Shown here piece by piece: positions 49,955 through 64,000 of a stretch of DNA of 64,000 bases. The stretch comes from Octopus sinensis. Lineage: Eukaryota. Within the stretch, counting starts at the first letter, position 1. Every line of letters begins with the position of its first letter. Below the pieces are notes generated by a model. The model was not told the origin of the DNA and ran no database searches. It worked only from the letters and a program-made list of their open reading frames with translations. The stretch lies in contig NC_043009.1 in assembly GCF_006345805.1 (NCBI RefSeq), positions 44,516,001-44,580,000 of the forward strand, given 5' to 3'. A program made the position numbers and the translations under genes.

Positions 49955-52391
49955 GTAAGTTATCTCTTCTCTCTCTCTCTTTCTATTTTTTTCTCTCTTT
50001 GTGTGTTGCGTACAAGAAATCTGATATATGCACATGTGCACACCCATGCAATACATGTATTACCATGCTCACACACACACACACACACACACATGCAGTT
50101 CTTATACAAACCAAAGCAATTGCTCATGTACATGTGATCAGTGTTATATACAGCATACAGATAACCACTTACACATACATATATACTAACTCACGCCTAC
50201 GCTTGCTCACTGTCACATACACATATACACCCACACTTCATCAGTTTCATGCACACATGCACAAGTAATCTGCAAGTTCCATCAGGCAGTATAAAAACAT
50301 TCTTTGCCACCCCAATCCCTTATGAAACCCATGATAAAGGGATTTCTGTTGGTTTCCAGATATTCAATCACCTGATCTGCCTTATTCAATTATAATGTAT
50401 GGTTAGCCATCACCAGCAAACAAGGACGACTTGGTAAAATGTGTCATACTTTCACTAAATATTTTAGGTGCCAATATAGTCACAATTAAGGTTGCCAACT
50501 GGCAGAATTTTTAGCATTCCCAGTGAACTGCCTAGTGGCCTTTCATCCGTCACTACATTCTGGGTTCATATTCCACCAAGGTTGACCTTTATCTTTCATC
50601 CTTTTGGAGGTGGGGGTCATTAAAATAAGCACCAGTTGAGTACTGGGGTTGGTGCATTCGACTTAACCCCTTCCCTGAAATTGTTAGCCCTGTGCCAAAA
50701 TTTGAAACCAATATAGTCACAAGCAGACATGGACACCCTCTCAGCACCCCTCCTTTGTGGTCCAGTGGTGTAACAAGGCTGTGACAGTTGGACAGAGAGA
50801 GCAAGAAGCTGCATCAGCACCTGGCTGATACTTCTTTACAGCTGAGTGGACAGAAGCAGTGAGAAATGAAGTGCCTCACTTAGGCACAGTGTCTATTGCC
50901 CTGTCAAGAATTGAACTCATGGCCCTATGATCATGGGCCAAGTACCCTGAACACTAGGCCATATATCTTCACCTAATTAGAGTGTAAGTTTGGCTGTGTA
51001 TTCCATGGATATATGTAGCTTTGATTTCATCTGGCAGATTCACAACAACAGAGTGTGTGACAAAACCTTTCTTTTGAAATACAGGATGGGCCAAAAGTTA
51101 TGCACAGAATAAGTTCAATACACTCTTTACTCTTTTACTTGTTTCAGTCATTTGACCGCGGCCATGCTGGAGCACCACCTTTAGTCGAACAAATCGACCT
51201 CAGGACTTATTCTTTGTAAGCCTAGTACTTAATCTACTGGTCTCTTTTTGCTGAACCGCTAAGTTACGGGGACGTAAACACACCTGCATCGGTTGTCAAG
51301 CGATGTTGGGGGGACAAACACAGATACACGAACACACACACACACATACACACACACATTTAGAATTATCATCAAAGACATGCTTCAATTTTTCTGAAAC
51401 TGAATAACATAAATAAAGTAATAATGACTACACACACACTTGTACATAATGAACGAAATGAATACTACTGCTACTACTAATAATAATAGTAATGAGTTTT
51501 TTAACAATATAAATAAGATGTCAAATGTTTTGGAGTGTGACTTTTGGCCCACCTTATATAGTCTATCCAATAGACTTCCTCACAGTTTCCCCCATGAGGT
51601 TTGGGTCAAACTGTAGCTGTGGCAAAAGATAGTTCCAATAAATTCCACTTTGTGGGATTGAACCCAGGATCTCAAGAACTTGGATTGTCATGATTGAGAA
51701 GCAAATTTCTTAACTGTTGGACCATGCTTGTACTCACATACTACACACTATCTCTCTCTCTCTGTCAATGTACTGGTAATTCAAAAGTACAGGCTTGTCA
51801 TGTACTGACTGAGTAATTACGGTAAGGATAAAAATGTCTATGGGATACTCAACCATTTACATACTATGCATACTAATTCAGTTGGTCGAACAACTGTATC
51901 CTCATTGTTCAATGGCAGAACCATCCATCCATCTGCATATATACATGGATGTACATGTGTATATATATATATATATGATCATGATATGCATACACATTCA
52001 AATATATGCTCACATATATAAACATAAATACTCTTTCTCACATATAAATTCACTCTTACATAAAGAGGTGGCGCCAATTAAACTGATTTAGTTCTACTTA
52101 GTTGCTACTGTTGTTTTTATCTCTCCCCTCTCTCCTCCACCATCTCACTGCCACTCTTCCTTCTCTCTCTCTGTTTAGTTTCCTCTCTTCAAAGAATATC
52201 CCCTGCATATGATACTTTGGTATTTCATTGCCCTTTACAACATTGGAAAGGTTTTCTGCTATAGACACCCTGCAGAAAATAGTGGGAAACCAACAATTTA
52301 ATGAACATTCAGTTTCCAGATTGGGCTTCTGTGTTTGTTTGAAAAGCATTTTAGAAATACTAGTCACAAACTACTGACTGAAGAAATATAT

Positions 52392-52448
52392 TTATGTGTG
52401 TGTGTGTGTGCATATGTATATATATAATATATATATATATGTATGTGC

Positions 52449-52498
<50 letters not shown>

Positions 52499-52517
52499 TT
52501 ATATATATGTATGTATA

Positions 52518-52553
<36 letters not shown>

Positions 52554-53395
52554 TATATATATATTATATATATATATATATATGTATGTATATGTATATG
52601 TGTATGTATGTATATGTATATGTGTATGTATGTATATGTATATGTGTATGTATGTATATATATATATGTATATGTATGTGTATGTATGTATATATATATA
52701 TGTATATGTATGTGTATGTATGTATATATATGTATATGTATGTGTATGTATGTATATATATATGTATATGTATGTGTATGTATGTGTATATGTATGTGTA
52801 TGTATGTATATATATATATATATATGTATGTATATATATATGTATATGTATATATATGTTATATGTATGTGTATATGTATGTATGTATGTATATATTATA
52901 TATATGTATGTATATATATATATGTATATGTATGTATATATATATATATGTATATGTATATATATATGTATATGTATATATATGCATGTATATATATGTA
53001 TGTGTATATGAATATATGTGTGTGTGTGTGTATATATATATATATGTGTGTATGTATATATGTATATACATATGTATGTATATATGTATATACATATATA
53101 TGTATATATGTGTATGTATATATGTGTATATATGTATGTATGTGTATATATATGTATATGTATATATATATATGTATATATATGTATATATATATATATA
53201 ATGTGTGTGTGTGTATGTGTGTGCATGTATATGTGTGTGTGTGTGTGTGCATGTATATGTGTGTGTGTGTGTGTGTGTGCATGTATATGTGTGTGTGTGT
53301 GTGTGCATGTATATGTGTATGTATATATATGTATATATATGTGTGTGTGTGTGTGTGCATGTATATGTGTATGTATATATATGTATATATGTATG

Positions 53396-53442
<47 letters not shown>

Positions 53443-53575
53443 ATGTATATGTGTATGCATATATATGTGTATATATGTATATATGTGTGCATGTATATGT
53501 GTATGTGTATATATGTATATATGTGTATATATGTGTATATATGTATGTATATGTATATAAATATGTATGTATATC
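52392..53575. repeat. Compound (TA)/(TG)/(TATG) microsatellite block; second block at ~54700-55250
   Basis: About 1.2 kb of near-continuous purine-pyrimidine alternation. Confidence 0.95.
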
Positions 53576-53789
53576 AAAAGATATAGGCTTTTTTAATGAA
53601 AAGTAACAAAAAATATATACAATTAGATGAACTGAGGTAGAATTAAGAGGAATAAAAGTCATTATTTTGAATTGTTAATGAGATTCAAAGTCATACCGAT
53701 ATCGTCAAACGCTGTTCACTGGCTTTGAATGGGCACTGATTTCCATGAGAGACTGAACATGCCTTCAGTCAGATCTGTTTGCTATTGTC

Positions 53790-54625
53790 CAATGGGCAGA
53801 AAAAAACAATATGCTTTTTAATGAAGTTTAGTTTGATTTGATCCTCTTTGGGAAGGAGGAAACTCTGAAATTACCATTTGCTCCTCCCTCGGGCATCTCC
53901 CTACTGTCATCCAACAACACCAGAGATCTTGGAGTAACTGTTGATAACAATCAAAGCTGGAATTCCCACGTAAACAGCAAGGTTCACTTGGCCCACAGGA
54001 TGTGCTCTTGGATTCTGAGAACGTTCCAGTCTCGAGATGCCTACACCACTATCCTTCTCTGCTCTACATTTGCCCGACCCCACCTTGAGCACTGTTGCCC
54101 ACTGTGGTCACCCTATATGAAACAAGTCATTATGAAAGTAGAAGCACTCCAGTGGTATTGATTATTGGGGTCGACTAAAAACCTGCTCTCTCCAACGCTG
54201 CTGGTAGCACTACATCATTTGTGTTATGTCAAAAATATTCCATCAATATTTCACAAATGATGTTGGCATCAATTTTAAAATCCATCCAAGACCTAGCCCC
54301 TGTGCTATCCGCCCACTGCAAAAATCAAACTCAGTACACACAGCAACATTGCATCACAATTAATTTACCTCAACCGGTCCAGCTCTTTTTAATACCATAC
54401 CAAAATACATCAAAACGGAAATGGATCCCATAAAATTCAAAAGCTTACTGGACAAATCTCTTCAAAAAATAAAGGACCAATCTCCTACATATGGATATGG
54501 CTCCAACAATAATAACTCTTTGTTAGAGTGGGCTATGGTGCCCCATGTATGACTAAAAGACTAAACCATGTGGTACTATTGAGTTAGACATGGCCTGGGC
54601 CTATACTGGCCGAAACGTATCAAAG
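53790..54625 (+). mobile_element. 5'-truncated, degenerate CR1-type RT C-terminal fragment (different family from the 10-15 kb element)
   Basis: QWAEKNNMLF...RDLGVTVDNNQSWNSHV...RPHLEHCCPLWSPY...GPALFNTIPKYI; stops and indels; GGCC...GGCC stem near the 3' end. Confidence 0.75.
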
Positions 54626-54707
54626 TTATATATATGTATATATATGTGGTGCCCCAGCATGGCTGCGGCCTTCAGGCTAAAACATTTTTAAGGATTTAAG
54701 GATTTAT

Positions 54708-54743
<36 letters not shown>

Positions 54744-55881
54744 ATATATGTATATATATGTATGTATATATATGTTTATATATATATGTTTATATATATG
54801 TATATATATGTTTATATATATCTATATATATGTTTATATATATCTATATATATGTTTATATATATCTATATATATGTTTATATATATCTATATATATGTT
54901 TATATATATCTATATATATGTTTATATATATATATATCTATATATATCTATATATATATATGTTTATATAGATATGTATATATATATATGTCTATGAATG
55001 TATATATATATGTCTATGTATGTATATATATATGTACATGTACATATATATATATGTATGTATATATATATATATATGTCTATGTATGTATATATATATG
55101 TACATGTACATATATATATACATATGTATATATATGTATTTGTACATGTATATACATATGTATATGTACATATATATGTGTGTAAGTATATACATATATG
55201 TATATTTATATATGTATATACATATATGTATATCTATATATGTATATACATGTAATTTGGCCACTAATGATGGCTCTGTAATGTTAAAATTAACAATAAG
55301 AGACAAGTGATGGTCGACTGTTGCATTTTCTCATAGTTTATTTTTGGGGATGTGCTGGGAAAAAATTGTAACTGAGGAATAGACAATTACAATAGATGGA
55401 TTGTCAACAATGATGGCAGCTACAAATAATAACAATAATAACAATAATAATAATAATAATAATAATAATAGCAGCAACAGTAATAATGACTGAGCTATTA
55501 ACATTGCTTGCAATGAAGGCCTTTTTTCCTTCCTTTCATATTTTGGTCTATGAAAGCAGTGAAGTTGCAGAAAGAGAATCAGATTTAAAGGCTTTGACTT
55601 AATTTGTCTTTGTAGTTCTATGTTCTAAAGCCAATAAAACAAATGCCAGTCAGTCATATACTGGGCTCAATTCAGTACATGACTGTAGCATTGTGTTATA
55701 TTAACCTAGTCTGTGAAATTATAGTCTGATACATCAACTGATGAGAAGCAGAAATACTAACCCTCATTTGCTGTTTATTAACCTCCAAGTCAACTCTGGT
55801 CAACCAGATTCATCATCAGAAGCATTCCTATCACAACAATCTAATCTATTTTCAGTCGTTGTGTAGTTTCGATTGTATTAA

Positions 55882-56102
55882 CCCTTTAGCATTCAAACCG
55901 GCCATTTCCGGCCCAAATATTCTACTTGTTTTATGCCCAAATTGGCCAGATCCAACCTTTCATACCTATCCCACAATGTGATTCTGAAAAATAAGCAATC
56001 ACATTATTGAAATCTTGAAGCTTCTAGATACTGCATGATTAATTAAAAACAATGTGAATAAATAAGCATTACATTTGACAGAGTAATCTGAATGCTAAAG
56101 GG
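55882..56102. mobile_element. piggyBac-like MITE (TTAA target)
   Basis: Perfect 14-bp TIR CCCTTTAGCATTCA / TGAATGCTAAAGGG flanked by TTAA on both sides. Related copies lie at ~43872-44076 and ~23820-24010. Confidence 0.8.
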
Positions 56103-56695
56103 TTAAATGATGTATCCAGTTTTAAAATGATAGGGTCTTTGAAGGTTTGAGTTTGATGAGTGACATTGTGCTAGTCTGAGAGTCAAGAGGTCCTTTTTCT
56201 AAGTGTGTGAGTGTGCATATCTGTTTGTGTAGCAGCAAACAGATATAAGCTCATGGGCTTTGAGTAGGAGTTAGTCATTGTTGGGGTCCCTGAAAAGAAA
56301 ATCCCCGTGTCTGTGTTGCAATGTTATATTGAAGATGTAGGGGGTAGAATGCCATGTGGTTTTTAAGAGTTCTAGTTATAAGTAGTTCATGTTTAGGAGA
56401 TTGAGGGAAGCAATAATATTTTCTTTGCTATATGTAGACACATATCCTTCTTGCTGTCATAGAACACAAAATTGACAGAACCCTTTACATGGACTCAATG
56501 CAGTAAGGTGGAATTAGATGTAAGTGTGGAGATTTTTTTCTGCAAGGATACTGTTTACAAAACCATCAAAGCTGAAAAAGAGGATTCCACAAATTTGGTA
56601 AAGCTTATTTTGGCAAGGGATCAAAAAGATTGGCTACAGTTTAGGAAGTGGAAGATCTTGCAGCAGTACACAAAGGCATCTTTCACAGTTTAAAT

Positions 56696-57016
56696 CAGTG
56701 ATTCTTAACCTGGGAGTCGTGATCCCTTGGAGGGGGTGTCACTTAGGATTTTTCGGGTGGGGGTCTTCATAGAGGCTTTGGGAGAAAGTAATTTATTTGA
56801 TGTATTTGAGACATTGCAATTCAGTTGTATTGCTGTATTGCAGTGTTATGTATTACAGCTGCTAGTGGCATCATGACCATATGTGCTTCACTCCAGCTCC
56901 ATGACTCCCATGACACTTTGTGTTCCAAGACCATTACAAAATTCATTACAGGGGTCACAGTAATACTCTGGAGAGTCTCATGGAGTAAGATGATGAAAAA
57001 GGGTTAAGAACCTCTG
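56696..57016. mobile_element. hAT-type MITE
   Basis: TIRs CAGTGATTCTTAACC / GGTTAAGAACCTCTG (13/15); perfect 8-bp TSD GTTTAAAT. Confidence 0.85.
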
Positions 57017-58244
57017 GTTTAAATGATGGTGAAGCAGTTGTGTTGAGTAAGAGTTGTCCAGTTTGTAGGAGTGAGTGATTTGTTTTCAAATGTTCTAAAG
57101 CATGTTCACTGCCTCAACTGCTGCAGAGTGAATCATTTGGGGCTTGGAGGTGTGAGTTTTGGATGTGTATGAGATGTGGAGGTACATGCCTGGGACAGTG
57201 GTATTAGTTACCTGACTTCTTTCTGGTGGATCAGTACTTGTGCTGTTCGGGATACTTAGCATAAAACTACTGGAGTTCTGACCTTATCAGGTCTGGGAGG
57301 TCATTGGGGGCATTGCATGGTGTGTGAACATCTGTGAGCTGTCATGATACAGAAATGGTTTGGAGGTGAGAAAGAAATGTAAAGTGTAAGTTTGGAGTGT
57401 GTCAGTTGGTCAGAGAATGTGCATTGGAGATGAATGTAGATGATGATGATGATGACAGTTGAGGGATGTAAAAGATTTGATTTTTGCATGAGAGTGGACT
57501 GGTTGTTTTATCATTTGTTAGAACAGTACATTTCATTCTGTGAAGGTACATGGCTTTGTGTTTTGAGTTAGAGGCATAATGATTAAGTCATGAGTTCAAT
57601 TCTGAGACCAGGTAGTGTGTTTGTGTCCTTCATGTTGCTATAGGCCACTCAGCTAAAAACGAGTAGCAGCAATAGCTGGTAGTGGTGGTGGTGGTGGTGG
57701 GGTTAACCCTGCACTGCTGTTCCGTATAGGTGACACCATTTTGTTCCTTGTCATTTTAAAGCCATTGAGACAAGAATAATCTTGGGCTTAATGGGAATTT
57801 GGGAGCCTGTAACTCTTCTTTTTTTTTTTTTTTTGTTAACTAACACTTAAATCTCTATGATTGTTAGCCCGACGCTTTAACCGCTGAGCCATGCACCTTC
57901 ACAGTGTTTCTCTTGACAACATAGATAGCTTAAAAAAACAAACAAGAAAAATAAGAACACAAAGAGTAAAGAAACTCAATGTTCATTGGTTGTACAGCAG
58001 AACAAGGATGTGGGTGAAGGTCTTGTTGGTGTGTGAAAATATTTAAAAGTAACAAAATGAAAAAATGTTTTCTCATGTTGGTTGAAAATTAGGAGTAGTA
58101 ACAGGGGCAGTGGTGGCATAGTAATTGATTTAAACAACCACAATACATTACTGGTATTTGTTTCATTGCCCACAACTCCCTTTTCTCTACCCAAAGAAAT
58201 GATTGGTCAAGTTGACCCTGTTTCCCTTCATCATTGGAAGTGTA

Positions 58245-58437
58245 GTCTGGAGGAAGGAGCTCTTCTCATAGCCTTTTGGCCTGGAGGAAGGGACTCTGGT
58301 CATAACCTTGGCCTGAAGGAAGGGACTCTGTTTATAGCCTTGGTCTGGAGGAAGAGATTCTGTTCATAGCCTTGGTCTGAAGGAAGGGACTCTGCTCATA
58401 GCCTTGGCCTGGAAGAAGGGGCTCTGTTCATAACCTT
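58245..58437. repeat. 32-bp minisatellite, ~6 units
   Basis: Consensus approximately GGCCTGGAGGAAGGGACTCTGTTCATAGCCTT. Confidence 0.85.
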
Positions 58438-59435
58438 TTCAGGTGCTCCAAGACTTGTGGGACTGATGTCATAAATTTTTCTCATGAACAATTACGGCAA
58501 TTGCTGAATATAAGACTAATGAGATGATGGTGGTGGTGGTTCTTGTTGTTGTATGGCCTTGGCTACCTTAATTGACCAGTGCTTTGTTTAAAGACATTCC
58601 AGCCATGATTATCCTGTATTATCTTTTTCTGATATAGTGAATATAAGACTACTACATTTAATGTGTCTTTTAAGTTATGATTTGAGGGATATTTGGTTGT
58701 TATTTCTAACAGGTCAAGCAAAGTGGTGAATTGGCAGAGTCAGTAAAAATTAGATAGAATATCTTGTGGCATTTGTTCCAGCCAACTCTTGCATTCTGAA
58801 TTCAAATCCTAGTGAGGCGAACATTGTCTTTCATCCTTTTGGGGATCAGTAAATAAAATATAAATTCCAGGTTAAGGGTATGACAGAAATATTGTAGAAT
58901 CTGACAGGGTACCTTATTTCTCTTCCAGTTGTTTGCATTCTGAGTTCAAATTCTGCCATGCCTACTTAGTCCGTAGCCCAGTTTAACACCAGAACCTGGC
59001 TCTTGGATGCCTTTAGTGGACTTTCCTCTGTTTTAGCAAGCATTCAGGTCAGGTGGTAGAAAAGGGAACCTTCAGGGTCTTAAAACAACTGGAGTTAGAC
59101 AGTAATATATTGATATGAGCAACATCTTGGTCACATCAATATGTGTGAATGCAAAATAGAAACAATGCCTGCACTGCAAATAGCTAAAACAGAAAATGGC
59201 ATTTCTATCAGGTTGAGCAACTTTGGAGGATGTGAGTTTTTTTTTTATTTGTCTGGGTTGAAATAAAGGAAAACATTATTAGAACGGAATTGATATTGCT
59301 GTTTTGAAAGGTGTTGATGTGTCTGGGGCTATTTGCATCTCGTCACCTGGTCACTTAGTATGCTAGAAGTAGCAACTATGTCTCCCTCTCTCTTCGGCTA
59401 CCACCAGCAAACCATCTCAAAAACAGGAAATGAAA

Positions 59436-59960
59436 CATCAACATCATCATTATTCAATGTCTGTTTTTCCATGCTGGCATGAGTTGGATGGTTTGACTGG
59501 AGCTGGTAAAGCTAGGAGCTACACCAGGCACCATTTTCTGTTCTGGCATGGTTTCTATAGTGGGATGCCCTTCCTAACACCAACCACTTCATAGAGTGTA
59601 CTTGGTACTTTTAACATGGCACCAGCACTGTCAGGTTCACCAAGTAACTTGTAAGACGAGTAGCAATTCTGCTGTGGTGGATAGATCTTCTTGAGTACAG
59701 CAATGCACCAGGTATCACTCCTTGGTCATCATCTTCATAAGGCTCAATGTCTTGAGATTGGCTTTCAATACTTTGTCCCATGTCTACCTGGGTTTCCTTC
59801 TTCCACAAGTTCCATTTACTTTAAGTGATTGGCACTTCTGTATGCAACTGTCTTCATCCATATTTATCACATGACCAAACCTGCATAGTCCTCTCTTTTG
59901 CACACTGCATCTAATTTCTCTTATGCCCAACTTTTCCTTCAAAACACTAGCACTTTGTCA
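59436..59960 (-). mobile_element. Older RTE-clade 3' fragment
   Basis: Degenerate ...FGHVINMDEDSCIQKC...GTCGRRKPR*TWDKVLK, then the same tail family ending in (GAT)n. Confidence 0.65.
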
Positions 59961-59966
59961 TACATG

Positions 59967-60870
59967 TACAAGGCAGGATTTAAAGGTTCCCAGACTAGTT
60001 ATGCTTTAAAAAATTAACGTATTTTCCTAAGTTTTAACATCATTTCCCTAAAAATAGTCATCTTGCACAGCAATACACCAGTCTCAGCATTCCTACCACT
60101 TCTGGAATCCAACCTGGAAATTGCTTTCCGTAAGTCAAGGATCTTCTGCAGTTTGCTCTGGATCTCAATAACAGTGTTAAGATGGCAACCTTTGAGTTGC
60201 ATTTTCACCTTGGGGAAGAGCTGGAAATCCATAAGTGCTAAATCTGGTGAATAAGGCAGGTGCAGCAGTGATATCATATTGTTTTTGGTGCGGAACTCAT
60301 GAGTGAGGAGAGCTCAGTGAAGAATACAATTCTTTGCACCCCACAGATCCAGTCACTTTCACTGAATGTCCTCTCAAATGCTTCAAAATGTCGCAGTAGA
60401 GCTCTTGATTGATGGTCTGGCCCTGGGGAATGAATTCTCAATGCATGATACCACATTTCTAGGGTGACTTTTGTGGCAGATCTCCCAGATCGTTCACTAT
60501 CTTCCAGGGATGTTCTTCCGCTTTTGAAGTACCTGTGCCACTTGAAACATTGTGTACGATCCATTGCCTCATCGCTGTAAGCTTGCCAAAGCATGCTCAA
60601 TGTCCCTGTAGCAGACTTTCCTAAGTTTAACGTAAAATTTCACATTGGCTCTTTATTCCTGTCCATGACAAAATTACAGACTACAGCTACATGTGATGAC
60701 AAAACTACAAATTTCACAAGTTGCAAAGTAAACATAGCAATGTCACTCAGCACACTGTCTCATGAAGGTCACTGCTAGTCCTCACTGTGCACGCAATGGT
60801 ATGCTGCCAGCTGTTGGCTCACTACAGAACTAGTTTCACTACCACATAGCATTGCTGATCATATACATGT
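59967..60870 (-). mobile_element. Internally deleted mariner transposon remnant
   Basis: N-terminal HTH-like LWQAYSDEAMDRTQCFKWHRYFKSGRTSLEDSERSGR; GIMH.EFIPQGQTINQELY; C-terminal PYSPDLA.MDFQLFPKVK. The central catalytic region is missing and the right TIR is not recognisable. Confidence 0.75.
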
Positions 60871-62246
60871 ATCATACAATCTTCTTTTCTCATAGAGAGA
60901 GAGAGAACTTTGGTTGCCAACAGAGGTAAAAGTTCTCAAAATTTTCTGTATCCTATTCTTATTGTAGTGATTACACTTTCTGTGCATCCTCCCTCACAGC
61001 TAATTAGATCCCTGAGGTAGCAAAAATTATCCACTACCTGTAAAGAGCCTTCAGGGCATTCGAAAAAATTGATTTCCTGAGTCTCTAGTTTTTACGACTC
61101 CTGTGCATCTTCCACATGCAAATGCTACCTTCTCAGATAACCATATTGAAACATATTGGAAATTTAAGTCTAGAAACATTATGCATGGAAAATTAAGACG
61201 GTTGGCCATAACTGGAATGCCAATTAACCTGTAAAGCAGTGGAGAAGGAAGAAGACTAACATATAGTTTAGCACCAAGTATGAACACCACCAAATGGAAG
61301 TGCCTCTTCACAGCTATTTCCTTGTGTATCCTAGTTTAAGAATAGATACACTACGTCCTTGTAGAGGCGACTAAAATATTTAGCTGTAGGGAGGGCATTT
61401 GGTTGTCAGACCCTACTCAAAAACCTGTCTGAAAAAGCATGGAAAACGGATGTTAAAAGAAAAAACAAAACAATGATGACGTTATTGCTAATTTTGTTGA
61501 TCTCTTTTGAACTGTCTGTGAATTGTCTGATAATGAAGTGATATGTTAAAAATAACATAAGAAAGATCGGTCAAAGTATCTGCTTGAAGATAAGTAGACA
61601 AACCACATTGTTTATTAATGACAAACGAGGGATTGTTCTTGATTAGTCACGATTGTGCTGTTTATGATGACATTACATTCAGCACTCACTCACATAAAAT
61701 AACAAAAAAAAGAAGAGAACTCAGACAAGATTCAATAATTTACACAAGCAGTTATCAACATTTTGCACCACCTTTTAACAGAATGTCATGATTTTCTACA
61801 TAATACCGGATTATTTAAATCAAACAAGAGCTATACTCTCTTTAGATATTTGCATATTCTAGTGACCCCTATGTTAACTTTTGTATGAATTACTAAAGAA
61901 AGTGAAGATTATAATGTAATGAAATCCTATTGGGTTTTGGTGCATCATCAGTCATGTTCTCTACTCACTGATAACTATCTAACTCCTATGTAAGCTTGAT
62001 AAAGAGTTTTGAAAATATGCTTAAAATCTATGTACTGTACTTGGTTTAAATATTCTAAGAAAAATCATAATCCTTTAAACACTCATTGTTACCTCTTTAT
62101 GAGCTCACAAGGCTTTTAAGGGAGTACTTTTACCCAGATTAAGGACTCCTTAGGACCAACATCCAATCATACATATCTGTTACATATCTTTGCTTCCCTC
62201 CATTCTTTCCTCCTTATCTCTCTGTCTCTTTCACATACTTGTATGT

Positions 62247-62282
<36 letters not shown>

Positions 62283-64000
62283 CCAACCAAAGCAATCAAC
62301 ACCAATCTCAAAGGGAAAAATGGCATAGATGACTTTGGCAGGATTTGAACTCAGAGCACAGAGAACTGTATGGCATTCTGATATTTTAACAATTCTGTCA
62401 ATTCACTGTTTTCAGTGGAGTAAAGGATCATCCACCATCCATTCTTCTCCAGGTTATTGATTATCACCTGCGGTTGTTGGGTCTGTAGAGAAAGGGGTTT
62501 GAAATGACTTTGCTGAGGATCAAACTTACAAATCTAGCATGTTACAAACCTTTTATCATTCTTGTGTGTGTTTATGTTCTGAGTTCCAATTCTGCCAAGG
62601 CCAAATTTGCCTTTCATCCTTTCAGGGTTGTTAAAATAAAGTATCAGGCAATTACTGGGATTGATGGTTTTGATTAACCCCATCCCCTCAAAACTGCTGG
62701 CCTTGTGCCAAAATTAGAAAGAATTATTATTATTATTGAAGCCCTGGACCAACCACCACCACCACCGTGGTGAGATTGCAGAATCACTAATGTGCTGGAC
62801 AAAATGCTTAATGGCTTTTCTTCTGGCTTTGCTTTCTGAGTTCAAATCCTGTCTACATCGACTTTGCCTTTCATCCTTTCAGGGGTGGTTAAATAAGTAA
62901 ATATCAGTCGAGTACTGGGGTCAATGAAATTGTCTAGTCCCCTTCCTCCAAAATTTCACTACAAGAGGAGTGGATTTCAAGCAAAAGTCAAGTTACCATA
63001 CAGTGGCCTTGCATGGCTGAATGGTTAAGATGCTTGCTTACCAACCACTTGGTTTCAGAGTGCTTTGGGTAATTGTCTTCTTCTATAGCTCCAAGCTAAT
63101 TAAGGCCTTGTGATTGGATTTGATTGACTGAATGTGAAATAAGCTTGTTTTGTGAGTATGCCTGTGTCTGTTTAAATTTTCACTTCTCTGAAAATCACAA
63201 GCTACAAGTGGTGGTGGTGGTGGTGGTGGTGTTGTCATTTCTCCTGTCAACCAACCATCTGCTGGCTTTTGACCTTCAATGACATATGAAATAAGAAAAC
63301 CCTTACTTGAAAAAAAAAGGTAAGGGTTAGTGATAGGAAGGGTATCCAACCATAAAAACGATGCCTACATAATATTTTTTTCTCCATAATGTATATGAAG
63401 AAACAAATATGAACAAAAATATTTGGAAAATATTTTGACTGGGAAATTAGTGTCGGTAGAACTGTGAATGGCAGAACATTCTAAAATTCAAATCCTGATG
63501 ATGGAGCAAGTTTGATTTTTATTCAGCTAGGATTCCATAAAATTATCAGTGACACTATACTAGGACATCATCGTTCCACAAAAATTACAGCCTGTACCAA
63601 ATAGATGAAACTCATTTTTCTGACATAGACCAGGTATGGCAAAGTTCAGTGGTCACGACCTGAGCATGTGGTGAAATATTTTGAAGGAATAAATTAGTGA
63701 ATATTAAGCAACACACACATGCGCACACACACACACACACGCACACACACACATGCACACACACACACAGAGGCTCATACGCATGCACATACACAGGCAC
63801 ACCAGACACAGTAAACTAGACATATACACATTAAATTTGATACCGCATAAGCGTATTTGTTTTAGCTATAAAATATTAGTCACAAGAATAAACCAAACCA
63901 CTAGCTTGGGAAAATTTGGTGAAAAGCAACCCCTGAAAATAATATGCGTACACTTACACTTATAGCAGCTTGTATACACACATAAATACTCACTCACACA

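Noticed and set aside
54579-54623. TTGA...GGCC...GGCC-GAAAC-GTA-TCAA at the CR1 fragment 3' end
   Set aside because: The CUGANGA half of the core is absent; better explained as a LINE 3' stem-loop.
52394-55310. Long ORFs (up to 396 aa) in several frames on both strands
   Set aside because: They are translations of TA/TG microsatellite (Y/I/V/C/M or H/T/Y/I only); stops are absent for compositional reasons.

Overview
AT-rich, microsatellite- and SINE-dense animal genomic DNA. The repeat families and style suggest a coleoid cephalopod, probably Octopus; this is recognition from memory, not a database result. One host gene is supported: a Gab/Dos-family docking protein on the + strand. It has three phase-compatible coding exons (30092-30389 PH domain; 33735-34796 tyrosine/proline-rich docking region; 49852-49954). 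I could not find exon 1 or the C-terminal exons, so the rest of the window is probably intronic. The largest insertion is an apparently full-length antisense CR1-type LINE (10365-15094). It has a candidate 9-bp TSD, a PHD/polyQ/coiled-coil ORF1 and an endonuclease-RT ORF2, and is broken only by five single-base indels. The rest is RTE, CR1 and L1/Tx1 remnants, at least three SINE families, hAT/piggyBac/mariner-type MITEs and simple repeats. Three observations stand out. (1) Three different hammerhead-ribozyme-like motifs of the minimal Penelope type lie in the sense strand of Gab introns. One is paired with an 82-bp inverted copy, and a nearby partial copy ends exactly at the predicted cleavage site. 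(2) A canonical -1 slippery heptamer, G GGA AAC, abuts the ORF1 stop of the LINE, ORF2 lacks an AUG, and a perfect 15-bp hairpin lies downstream. (3) Fold-back inverted duplications recur at insertion ends. All analysis is by eye; boundaries of degenerate repeats are approximate.
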